DNA of 64,000 bases, taken from assembly GCA_963677925.2 (NCBI GenBank), contig CAXXYH010000003.1, forward strand, positions 608,001-672,000, read 5' to 3'. Numbering within the stretch: position 1 is the stretch's first letter; each line of letters starts with the position of its first letter. The translations under genes were made by a program, and so were the position numbers. Under the pieces are notes generated by a model. It was not told the DNA's origin and did no database searches. It saw only the letters and a list, made by a program, of their open reading frames with translations. Shown here piece by piece: positions 49,423-58,420 of the stretch. This stretch comes from Spirochaetia bacterium. Lineage in GTDB: Bacteria > Spirochaetota > Spirochaetia > UBA9216.

Positions 49423-50097
49423 ATGGATAGAAACAAACAGCTTGAAAATATGGAACTATTTAAAAATATCAGAAAAAGCGATATCCATTCGATATTGTCC
49501 CATCACGGCTGGCATTCAAAAACCTATGATGAGGGAGAATCTATTCACTACCCGCATGAAAAACTGGAATCTCTTATAATACTTGTTTCAGGCGGTGTTG
49601 AAGGAATTGTAATTACCGAAAGCGGCAGAAGACTGACTCTTAACCGGCGAAAGGGTCCTGAGCTATTGGGACTTGCAATGATATTCAGTGATAAAAAGAC
49701 ACTGATGAATATCAAAGCCTTTGAGAAGAGTCAGGTATTAAAATTGAACCGGAATAATTTCATGGAACTGATGAAAAGATATCCGCTTCTGCTGGACAAT
49801 TTTTTACGAATATGTGCCAACCGTTTCAATTATCTTTCTAGCAGACTTGAAATTCTGAGCCTGCATACCATAAAAAAAAAGATTGCCCATTACCTTTTGG
49901 AACTTCACAGTATTCACGGCTGCTCATTCCGGCTTGACAGGACGATATCTGCACTAGCAGCTTATATGGGCGTGGAGCGGCCTTCTCTTTCCACAGCATT
50001 TCATGATATGAAAAAAAAAGGATATTTCGTTTATTCAAACGGGATGGTGAATATTTCTGATATATCTAAATTGGAAACAGAGCTTGAGTCAGATTAA
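49423..50097 (+). CDS. Crp/Fnr family transcriptional regulator (HcpR-like)
   Basis: cNMP-fold N-terminus; LS..TIKKKIAHYLL; HTH LAAYMGVERPSLS. Confidence 0.9.
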   Translation: MDRNKQLENMELFKNIRKSDIHSILSHHGWHSKTYDEGESIHYPHEKLESLIILVSGGVEGIVITESGRRLTLNRRKGPELLGLAMIFSDKKTLMNIKAFEKSQVLKLNRNNFMELMKRYPLLLDNFLRICANRFNYLSSRLEILSLHTIKKKIAHYLLELHSIHGCSFRLDRTISALAAYMGVERPSLSTAFHDMKKKGYFVYSNGMVNISDISKLETELESD

Positions 50098-50106
50098 ATT
50101 TTATAT

Positions 50107-51399
50107 CTATGAATGCTGAGAAGTATCATAAGGCAAAACTATCGTTGTGGTGGTTCCTACGCGGTTGGAGGACCTTTCATATGAATCAATATTCAAAGTA
50201 CCTCCAAGCTGTCCAACCAGCTCTTTAATAATTCCCATTCCCATACTTTTGCTGCGCTCATTTACTTTTACAGTTTTCCGCCCTACACCGTCATCAGACA
50301 CTATGAGTTTTAAAAATTCACCGTTGGAAGAGATTTCAATATCTATACGGCCACGCCGATCAGGGAAGGCATGTTTCAGTGAGTTTGTAGTCAGTTCGGT
50401 GACCAGCAATCCTATTGAAACAACGAGATCATTAGGCAGAGCAGCTGAAAAAGTATTCAGATTAATATCGATATTATCTGATTCAGCAAGATGGGAAGTA
50501 CATAGTGTTTCAACCAGATTGTTCAGATAATCATTAAGGTTTACCTTCAAAACACAATCACTGCAGTAAAGCTGACTCTGTGCAGAGGCCATTGCGTTTA
50601 TCCTGTCGCGGATATCATCAAGAACAGAGGTAACAGCTTTATCTTCGGAATAAATTTTCTGCAGTTCTATCATTGAAATTATCAACGAAAAATTATTCTT
50701 TGTTCTGTGAGACATTTCCCGTAATAAAAGGTCACGGTCACGAGCAGCCTGAGCAGCAACAAGTAGCATACAGCCGATTGCCCAGCCGATGCTAGTGAGA
50801 CCGGTAAGCAGCATTGATAATGATATAACACCAGAGTACTTCATAAACGAACCTGTAACCTGAAGAGAAACTGAAACCGGTATTCTGAAAAGCAGGCTGA
50901 GGGCACATATTAAAAAGCTCAATATAAGCGTTTTTTCTGACGGAGCGGAATAATGTGAATTCCTGATGAGAAACGTTGCAGTTAAAATGGCACCTGCAGC
51001 ACTCAATCCTGAAACTGTGATTATACGTATAATAAGAACCGGTTTAACAAGCCCGAACCAGTATTGCTCGGCAAAGGTAATTACAGCAAAAGCAATCACA
51101 GCTACTTTGACAGCTGTTGAGACTTTTTGACGATAGAAAAGCCGTAATGCCGCCGCTGGAAGGATGTAAGCGAAAACAATGAGGGTGTTGCTTAAAACAA
51201 CAGTAAATACAGGATGCAGCAGATCCTGAATTCCCATTCCAAGAGTTCCTAAAATAAGCGATAAAAGCGCGGCTAATATCAGATCTATACCTTTTCTGTT
51301 TTTTCTATGCTCTAGCCAGAGCACAAACAAAAAAACTTCTATGAAAAATAGAAGACCTGAATTGGTTAAAAATATAGTTCTAAGATCCAGATTGAAAAT
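50107..51399 (-). CDS. Multi-TM sensor histidine kinase (HisKA_2 type)
   Basis: About 7 TM helices; LLREMSHRTKNN, ELTTNSLKHAF, DDGVG; frame extends to an ATT at 51399 behind a GGAGAG RBS (start uncertain). Confidence 0.85.
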   Translation of the reverse strand: MFNLDLRTIFLTNSGLLFFIEVFLFVLWLEHRKNRKGIDLILAALLSLILGTLGMGIQDLLHPVFTVVLSNTLIVFAYILPAAALRLFYRQKVSTAVKVAVIAFAVITFAEQYWFGLVKPVLIIRIITVSGLSAAGAILTATFLIRNSHYSAPSEKTLILSFLICALSLLFRIPVSVSLQVTGSFMKYSGVISLSMLLTGLTSIGWAIGCMLLVAAQAARDRDLLLREMSHRTKNNFSLIISMIELQKIYSEDKAVTSVLDDIRDRINAMASAQSQLYCSDCVLKVNLNDYLNNLVETLCTSHLAESDNIDINLNTFSAALPNDLVVSIGLLVTELTTNSLKHAFPDRRGRIDIEISSNGEFLKLIVSDDGVGRKTVKVNERSKSMGMGIIKELVGQLGGTLNIDSYERSSNRVGTTTTIVLPYDTSQHS

Positions 51400-51464
51400 C
51401 GTTACTCTCCATGATTGCGGGTTTTATTATACACCTGAAAATAATTTTTGCTAAGAATTAACAA

Positions 51465-52316
51465 TTAAGATTTTTTGGCTGCCTTAATCAGTGCCTGCCA
51501 TTCATTCTCATCAGCAGGTTTAAATTTCATAAGGAATCCACCGTAATGGTTAAAGATCTGTTGTGCAGGTTCAGACTTAGACAGATCGATTAGATTATGA
51601 CCGAAATCAGTTCGATACAAAGTCATTGCACCGGGTATTTTATCATCAAAAGACAGAATCGCTGAAACTTCATGTTCATCTACCCATCGCCCGATAGCCG
51701 AGCGTAGAGGTGAAACAAGTTTGGAAGGCGGCTGTATAATGTAGCGCATTATATTCAATCCCTCTATACTTTCAATTTCTATATTGCCGTCTTCTTCAAG
51801 CCACAATACAGCCTCAGCTTTCAGTTGTTCGAATTCAATTTTATCACGCAGGCCTTCAATAAATATTCGAAGTACCGGCATGGGCTCATCAGAAAAACTT
51901 CTAAGAAGTATCCCCTGACTGAAGGTGAGGTAGTCGCGGCTCTCGTTTATGTGATCAAAATCATCGAGACTCATAGCGCCCCTTGTATCTACTTTTGATA
52001 CAAGCTCCATATATTTGTGCAAATCTGTATCTTTGAGATCAGGAAAAAATTCATTGAAGACCAGAAGACCGGCGCTGTTGCAGTCCCGGTCCTGATGATG
52101 GTCGTACATTTTCCTTGCACTGTCGAAAACCATTCCGCAGTCAATGAAATATGTGTTTTCTTCATAAGCTCCTTCACTTACCAGTTTCGCCGCTTCCTGT
52201 GAATCAATTCTCTGAACTTCTTCCGGTTCCTCATCAAGATGAAGAGCAAGCAGGGCTGAGGCAAGAAGCTCATCCATATGAGCTTTTCCGTCATGAGTAA
52301 TTATTTTATATGGCAT
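51465..52316 (-). CDS. MYG1/UPF0160-like DHH-fold protein
   Basis: ITHDGKAHMDE, IDCG, YDHHQ, S.VD..G. Confidence 0.7.
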   Translation of the reverse strand: MPYKIITHDGKAHMDELLASALLALHLDEEPEEVQRIDSQEAAKLVSEGAYEENTYFIDCGMVFDSARKMYDHHQDRDCNSAGLLVFNEFFPDLKDTDLHKYMELVSKVDTRGAMSLDDFDHINESRDYLTFSQGILLRSFSDEPMPVLRIFIEGLRDKIEFEQLKAEAVLWLEEDGNIEIESIEGLNIMRYIIQPPSKLVSPLRSAIGRWVDEHEVSAILSFDDKIPGAMTLYRTDFGHNLIDLSKSEPAQQIFNHYGGFLMKFKPADENEWQALIKAAKKS

Positions 52317-52421
52317 TGATAGTTCCTTATGTTAAATTTATTTTTACTTTTTTAACAGTCAGTTTCAATACGGATCATATGAATAAGTTATATCAAATGC
52401 AGGCGAAAGTTTCCACATAAC

Positions 52422-52451
52422 CTCTAATGTGTAACAGAATACACATTAGAG
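52422..52451. terminator. Perfect 12-bp hairpin downstream of the lipoprotein cluster
   Basis: CTCTAATGTGTA-acagaa-TACACATTAGAG. Confidence 0.6.
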
Positions 52452-52493
52452 AGCTTAACAAGCTTTAAATAGTAATATTTTACACATTAAACC

Positions 52494-54254
52494 TTACTGA
52501 TGAGCAGTACTGATACCTATTCCTGTAGCAAGATATATCTGCTGCTGCCGAACATCCACCGCTCTTATTACATTGGAGTTAAGGCCGTCCGAAGTAGTGA
52601 AATTCTCCCAGGAAACACCGCCGTCCTCTGACTTGCTAAGACCATATCCGTTCGTTCCGACCATAACACTATCTTCATCTACATACATCGAAAGACAGTA
52701 ATTTCCGCACATTCCGTCAAGCGTCGATATATGTGTCCAGGTATTGCCTCTGTCGGTAGACTTATTGAGCTGACTTGTAGTTGCTGTCCATATTGCATCG
52801 GTATCTGCAAAAACTGCACGGCATGAATTACTGCTCAGACCGTCAGAAGTATTTATATTTGTCCAGGTACTGCCATTATCTTCTGAATACGAAATACCTC
52901 CGCCGGTTGCAGCCCATACGGTTGAATCATCTTCTATATAAATATCATAGATATAATTACTTCCCAGGCCATCTACAGTGTTATAAGTTTTCCAGGTATT
53001 ACCGTCATCATCAGTTTTACTGAGACCGCCGCCGTTTGTACCAGCCCATACATTACCGGAAGCAGAATCAAAAGCTATTGAATAGATATAATTATTGCCC
53101 AGTCCCGAGGCTGTTGTATAAGTCGTCCAGGTGCTGCCGTTATCCATACTCTTTGATAAGCCGTTATTTGTACCTGCCCAGATTGCTGAACCCGATTTAC
53201 CAAGTGTCCTTATGTAATTTGATGGCAGGCCGTTTGAATTACTGAATCTTATCCAGCTTTGACCTCCATCATTGCTGAAATTCAGACCGCTTCCCCAGGT
53301 GGCAGCCCACAGTTCATCTTCATCGGTAAAAACATCATATATGCTGTTGCTGCTTAATCCTTCAGCCGTTGTGATTGAATTCCATAGAATACTCAAAGAT
53401 GCAGTGTCACTGACAGAAGCATCAAGTACCACAGTAGTAGTGTTCAGGCCAACCGAAGCCTCATCAGGAACTTTGCAGACTATCACCTTATTTGTCCAGG
53501 TGTAATAAGTTTCGACGTCAACTCCGCCTATCTGCAGAACTCCCGGGGCATCACTGAAACCGGTCCCAATAACAGACAGAACTTCACCAGCATGTGCAAC
53601 TGACGGCTGAATTGAATCTATGGAAGGATTGATAGAAAAATCAAGGCTGCCGGTAATATTATCATCAACATTTACATAAATCCCGCCGCTTTGCGCATCA
53701 TCAGGAACCACTGCAATTATTGTACTGCTGCTCCAAAGCCGGTATTCTTCTGCAGGATAATCTCCGAAATACACCTGACTGTCTTCCTGCGATGTTCCGA
53801 ACAAGTTTCCGGAAATGGTAACAAGCTCTCCTGCTTCCGCATTAGTCGGAAATACAGCAAGCAGAGAAAGCTCTACAGCATCTGAACTGCTCACTGAGAG
53901 GGTTTTAACATTGCTGCCGACTCCGTCAATCTCAACGCTTACATCAACGGCACTTGAGAAATCAGGGATTGTAACAACAATGGTACTGTCGCTCCAAAGA
54001 GAATATGTATCTGCCGCTGTCGTACCGAACAAAACCCTGTTTGTGCCCTGCTCATCACCGAAACCTGAACCTGTCAGAGTTAAAGAATCACCGGCTGTTG
54101 CCGCTTCAGGAAGCAGCTCATTCAAAGTAGTTGCAGACGGCTCAGCAACTTCATCGCTGCAGGAATAGAAACCGATCAATACCGGCATAACCATCAGAAT
54201 GACTGAAATAATCCTTGTAATGTTTAACTTATTCTTTTTAATAATCCTTTTCAC
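52494..54254 (-). CDS. Lipoprotein with 3 IPT/TIG domains and a BNR/regulator-propeller domain
   Basis: GTG start 54254; FYSC; three P......G....I.G..F...W....I...P units; repeated GLxSNxI...WAxTxxGLSxSxDxGxTW. Confidence 0.85.
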   Translation of the reverse strand: MKRIIKKNKLNITRIISVILMVMPVLIGFYSCSDEVAEPSATTLNELLPEAATAGDSLTLTGSGFGDEQGTNRVLFGTTAADTYSLWSDSTIVVTIPDFSSAVDVSVEIDGVGSNVKTLSVSSSDAVELSLLAVFPTNAEAGELVTISGNLFGTSQEDSQVYFGDYPAEEYRLWSSSTIIAVVPDDAQSGGIYVNVDDNITGSLDFSINPSIDSIQPSVAHAGEVLSVIGTGFSDAPGVLQIGGVDVETYYTWTNKVIVCKVPDEASVGLNTTTVVLDASVSDTASLSILWNSITTAEGLSSNSIYDVFTDEDELWAATWGSGLNFSNDGGQSWIRFSNSNGLPSNYIRTLGKSGSAIWAGTNNGLSKSMDNGSTWTTYTTASGLGNNYIYSIAFDSASGNVWAGTNGGGLSKTDDDGNTWKTYNTVDGLGSNYIYDIYIEDDSTVWAATGGGISYSEDNGSTWTNINTSDGLSSNSCRAVFADTDAIWTATTSQLNKSTDRGNTWTHISTLDGMCGNYCLSMYVDEDSVMVGTNGYGLSKSEDGGVSWENFTTSDGLNSNVIRAVDVRQQQIYLATGIGISTAHQ

Positions 54255-54403
54255 TTTTGTCCTAACCTTCTTTTTACTATAAAAACACAGAAATAAAGCA
54301 CAATTAGACATCCCGGGTGCTCAAACTATGCAGATTTCGGGGTTTTAATGTTTGTCGGTTAGTTGGCGCTTAATCTTCAATTTTTGGGAAGAGAGGGAAA
54401 CCA

Positions 54404-57253
54404 TTACTCGGCGGGGCCGCCGTCGGTTATTGTCCAGCCGTATGTATCTGTCAGTTCAGCCCTTGAGGAAACAGAAGCCGAACTGTATGTTGAATAACCG
54501 CCTGAAAAGGACACATCGGACTGCACAGTCTGAGCAGCCCAGCTTTGAAGAAGGGCATCGTAATTTTCAGTTGATAGAGTTACTCTTTCAAATATTTTAC
54601 GCATATCAGTCACTCTTGAAACATCCCAGCCGCTCAGATCCTGATCAAATGCGTAAGCGTAGGCAAACATCAATTCCATATCTTCTACATAACTGGTATC
54701 CCAGCTGCTGAGATCCTGATTAAAAGAATATGCACTAGCGAACATAGCGCTCATATCCGAGACTCTTGAAGTATCCCAGGCTCCAAGTGGCTGGTTGAAT
54801 GCTTCCGCATACCAAAACATTTTGTTCATATCCCGGACTCTTGAAGTATCCCAGGCCCCAAGTGGCTGGTTGAATGCTTCTGCATTATAAAACATATAGT
54901 GCATATAAAGTACATTGGAAGTATTCCAGCTGCCTATAGGCTGGTTAAAGGCTTCAGCATCAGAAAACATCCAGCTCATATTATTAACTCTTGATGTATC
55001 CCAGCCGTCTAAATTACCGTTAAAGGCAATAGCACAATAAAACATATAACTCATATCAGTTATATTTGACGTATCCCAGCCATCAAGATCCTGGTTAAAG
55101 GATTTTGCCCTAGCGAAGATACTATTCATATCTTTCACATTAGAGGTATCCCAACCACCGACAGGCTGATTAAAATCATCGGCATCATAGAACATACGGT
55201 ACATATTAGTAACATTCGATGTATCCCAGCCGCCTATGGGCTGGTTAAAACGGTCTGCACCGTAAAACATACGGCACATGGTAATTATATTGGAAGTATC
55301 CCAGCTGCCTATAGGTCCGTTAAAAGATTCCGCTCCCTCAAAGACATAGCTCAAATCAGTAACTTTGGAGATATCCCAACTGTCGAGATCCTGATTAAAT
55401 CCTGCAGCATAATAAAATATATAGGTTAAATCAGTCACATTTGAAGTGTCCCAGTCTCCGATAGGCTGATTAAAAACATCAGCCCCGGTGAACATACAGC
55501 TCATATCAGTAACATTTGATGTATTCCATTCACCTATCTCAGCGTTGAAGGAATCAGCACCGCTGAACATTCCCGCCATATCGGTTACAGCGGAAGTGTC
55601 CCAGCTGCCTATAGGCTGATTAAAACTTTCAGCATCACCGAACATATGATTCATATCTGTTACAGCAGATGTATCCCAGGCGCTGATATCCTGGTTGAAG
55701 GATTCAGCCCGGTAAAACATATGGCTCATATTCGTAACATTTGAAGTTTCCCAATCTCCCATTCCATAAACTGTTGTAAGTGAAAGATTATTCTCAAAAG
55801 CCCTGTAAAAACTTTGAACGGCGCCGGTATCAGGTGCATCCTTTGCTGATATAACGAGATTCTCTGCACCTGTGAACTGTCCCATTGTTTCGCCGAAAGC
55901 AAGAGGCCCCCAGGAGCTGATCAACGTTATTTTTTCTGCATCATTAAATCCAGTTTCCGAGCCGTCCGGGTTGAAGGACCAGCCCGTGATTTCCCCTGTA
56001 ATTCTGACAGTATACATCCCGGCTGACGGATATGTATGAACAAGCTCTTCATCATCATAGGCTGTTATCACCGAACTGCTCCCGTCACCCCAGCTCACTG
56101 TAAAATCATAGCTGCCTCCTGAAACCAGCGGCAGACTTATCTGATCAGAGTCAGAGACTCCTTCATTGTCAGTCTGCCATGTACTTACAAAGGCATATTC
56201 AGATGTAAATGAAAGGCTGACAGGTTCTGATTCTCCGCAGCTGTTATAGGAAACAAGATTAAAAGTATAGTTATCACCCTCGTTATAAACCGAATAACCC
56301 AAATCAGCCGATGTAATGGAAGTAATACCTGCCGCGGTTGCAGCCTCCGGGACACCGTCTGCATCTCCTTCATAAATTCTGAACCCGGATTCCGTGGAGG
56401 AGGAGTCTGTCCATAGAAGGGAAAAGCTGAGATCCTCGTTCTGCATTACGGAGAACCCGCTTGGTGCGGCGGGGGGCTGAAACAAATCCCCGGATTCAAG
56501 AACCAGCACAGAACTGCTTGTCAGGTTATCATATATAAGAACTATCTCTGAAAGCGGAGGATATTCAACCGGAAGATCAGGCCCGCCGGGATCATAACCG
56601 AATACAACAGACAGAAAATACTGACCGCTTGATAGCGTTTTGTATATAGAGAGGATGCCAGCGGTACTAAAATCACTATTATAATCGGCTCCCTCTGAAA
56701 GCTGGTATTCATCACCTCCGCCAATCGGCCAGGGATCTATATACACAGAAACACTGTCCACATCTTCATCCGGAAAATTTATTTTATAATCAATTATTCC
56801 GCTGCCCGTACCGCTGACCGGATAGAGAACTGCCGTGAGGCTGTTGCTTCCGTTTTCTATTAGAACAGGATTTCCAGTATCCGGTATTCCAGTACAGATA
56901 ATCTCAGCATCAGCATTAACTCCGCTGATAATGATATCCCAGGTTCCGGCATAGATATCAGGTATTGTGGTTCCGTCAGTATAGGATGAAACGGTAAAAT
57001 CAGCCTGACCTCCCGAATGATTGGAGAAGCTGATGGAATAGGAATCAACCAGGCTCTTTAAGTCGGATGCGGGGGCAATGGTTCGTGAGCCTGCTGAATC
57101 TCCAAAATAGAAAACAAGACACCCCTGTCCCGACGGTTTTCCATTAAGAAGGTCATCGTTGTCGATTGGATTAAGGCAGCCGGCAATCAGCAAATTTATC
57201 AAAATGACAGAGAGACTTAAAAAAATAGCCCGATATTTATTCACGTTTTTCAT
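54404..57253 (-). CDS. DUF285/BspA-type surface lipoprotein with 16 x 25-aa repeats
   Basis: IAGC lipobox; FN3-like and PKD-like domains (WGDGS); 16 WDTSxVxxMxxMFxxAxxFNQxxx units. Confidence 0.9.
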   Translation of the reverse strand: MKNVNKYRAIFLSLSVILINLLIAGCLNPIDNDDLLNGKPSGQGCLVFYFGDSAGSRTIAPASDLKSLVDSYSISFSNHSGGQADFTVSSYTDGTTIPDIYAGTWDIIISGVNADAEIICTGIPDTGNPVLIENGSNSLTAVLYPVSGTGSGIIDYKINFPDEDVDSVSVYIDPWPIGGGDEYQLSEGADYNSDFSTAGILSIYKTLSSGQYFLSVVFGYDPGGPDLPVEYPPLSEIVLIYDNLTSSSVLVLESGDLFQPPAAPSGFSVMQNEDLSFSLLWTDSSSTESGFRIYEGDADGVPEAATAAGITSITSADLGYSVYNEGDNYTFNLVSYNSCGESEPVSLSFTSEYAFVSTWQTDNEGVSDSDQISLPLVSGGSYDFTVSWGDGSSSVITAYDDEELVHTYPSAGMYTVRITGEITGWSFNPDGSETGFNDAEKITLISSWGPLAFGETMGQFTGAENLVISAKDAPDTGAVQSFYRAFENNLSLTTVYGMGDWETSNVTNMSHMFYRAESFNQDISAWDTSAVTDMNHMFGDAESFNQPIGSWDTSAVTDMAGMFSGADSFNAEIGEWNTSNVTDMSCMFTGADVFNQPIGDWDTSNVTDLTYIFYYAAGFNQDLDSWDISKVTDLSYVFEGAESFNGPIGSWDTSNIITMCRMFYGADRFNQPIGGWDTSNVTNMYRMFYDADDFNQPVGGWDTSNVKDMNSIFARAKSFNQDLDGWDTSNITDMSYMFYCAIAFNGNLDGWDTSRVNNMSWMFSDAEAFNQPIGSWNTSNVLYMHYMFYNAEAFNQPLGAWDTSRVRDMNKMFWYAEAFNQPLGAWDTSRVSDMSAMFASAYSFNQDLSSWDTSYVEDMELMFAYAYAFDQDLSGWDVSRVTDMRKIFERVTLSTENYDALLQSWAAQTVQSDVSFSGGYSTYSSASVSSRAELTDTYGWTITDGGPAE
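54761..54885. repeat. Near-identical 75-bp-period tandem unit within the DUF285 array
   Basis: 54761-54810 vs 54836-54885 differ at 2 of 50 nt. Confidence 0.85.
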
Positions 57254-57254
57254 A

Positions 57255-58403
57255 TCAATACTGCTCTACTTTAAAAATAAAACTGTCTGAATACGGCATT
57301 TCATCAATCACAACAATAAGAGTGAGCGTATTCTGCCCTCTTTCAAACCAGTCAGGGTCAGCTTCGGTATCCAGTGATATAGATGAACCGGTGCCGCGGC
57401 TTATTCCGTTTATCAGCCAGTTATATGAGGAAATGCTTATCCCCTCATCAGCCGAAACAGCAATAGTCTGCTCTGTTGTTCCACCATCTATCTGCAGAAC
57501 AAATGATGAGGGATCCATACTGAATGAAGGATATTCAGGATTGTTTATAACGATACTTCCGGACGGCAAACTCCACTGCGCATAGAGATCCACATTTTCC
57601 GAACCCATTGAAAACTGAATGCCTGCAGTATAGTTAGCCCCCGTGCCGTCGGATAGGATATTCCAGGATTTAAAATTCATGCCTGACAGTACAAGATCTC
57701 CGGTATTTCCTATAACCGTTACTTTCGCATTTTCAAGGTAATAATTGCTGTCTACAGGGACTGAACCTGATTCGGCATCAGCGGCATGATAGGTCACTGT
57801 ATAAACGGGATCAGAGGTCCAGGCAGCATACAGATCCACATCGGTCTTTTCAATTATAAACTGAGAACCGCAGGTATATCCTGTTCCCAAACCGCTCTCT
57901 TTGGTATTCCATCCTATAAAGGACCAGCCGCTGCGGACAAGGCCGCCGGTATTGCCTGAAACAGTTACGGTTTCTCCTTCCAGGTAGTTGCCGGAATCAA
58001 CCGGAACAGAGCCCGATTCCGCATCCTCTGCATGGTAGGTGACTGAATAAACAGGGTCAGCCGTCCACTGAGCATATAGCCAGACATTGCTCTCCGGCAT
58101 TACCAGGCAGTCGCCGGACTGATAGCTTTCGCCCTCACCGTTTGCGAGAGTATTCCACCCGGTAAATGAATATCCGTTTTTAGTTAAGCTACCGGTATTT
58201 CTGCTTACTGTCACAGTATCACCGGGATAGCAGGTTATTCCGGAAGGGACCGCACCGCCATCGGCGCCGTTCTTACTGTAAATAACCATACAGGAATCAA
58301 TCAATTCCTCTGAAGGATTATCATCACAGCCTACAAGAATGGAAGTGAACATAGCAGAGAGTAAAACAAGCGGTGTAATAAACCGATATACTGATTTTTT
58401 CAT
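57255..58403 (-). CDS. InlB B-repeat (Listeria-Bacteroides repeat) lipoprotein
   Basis: Start ATG 58403; LVGC; 3 x VTY......GSVP...GYxFxGWNT...LYAxW; C-terminal Ig-like domain. Confidence 0.88.
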   Translation of the reverse strand: MKKSVYRFITPLVLLSAMFTSILVGCDDNPSEELIDSCMVIYSKNGADGGAVPSGITCYPGDTVTVSRNTGSLTKNGYSFTGWNTLANGEGESYQSGDCLVMPESNVWLYAQWTADPVYSVTYHAEDAESGSVPVDSGNYLEGETVTVSGNTGGLVRSGWSFIGWNTKESGLGTGYTCGSQFIIEKTDVDLYAAWTSDPVYTVTYHAADAESGSVPVDSNYYLENAKVTVIGNTGDLVLSGMNFKSWNILSDGTGANYTAGIQFSMGSENVDLYAQWSLPSGSIVINNPEYPSFSMDPSSFVLQIDGGTTEQTIAVSADEGISISSYNWLINGISRGTGSSISLDTEADPDWFERGQNTLTLIVVIDEMPYSDSFIFKVEQY

Positions 58404-58420
58404 ATAATTCTCTTTTTCCA

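Noticed and set aside
54255-54403. Riboswitch in the intergenic leader
   Set aside because: No recognisable aptamer consensus by eye; a covariance-model search would be needed.
54560-55770. 75-bp periodic sequence as a CRISPR array or DGR template
   Set aside because: It is an in-frame 25-aa protein repeat with codon-level divergence; no cas or reverse transcriptase gene is in the window.
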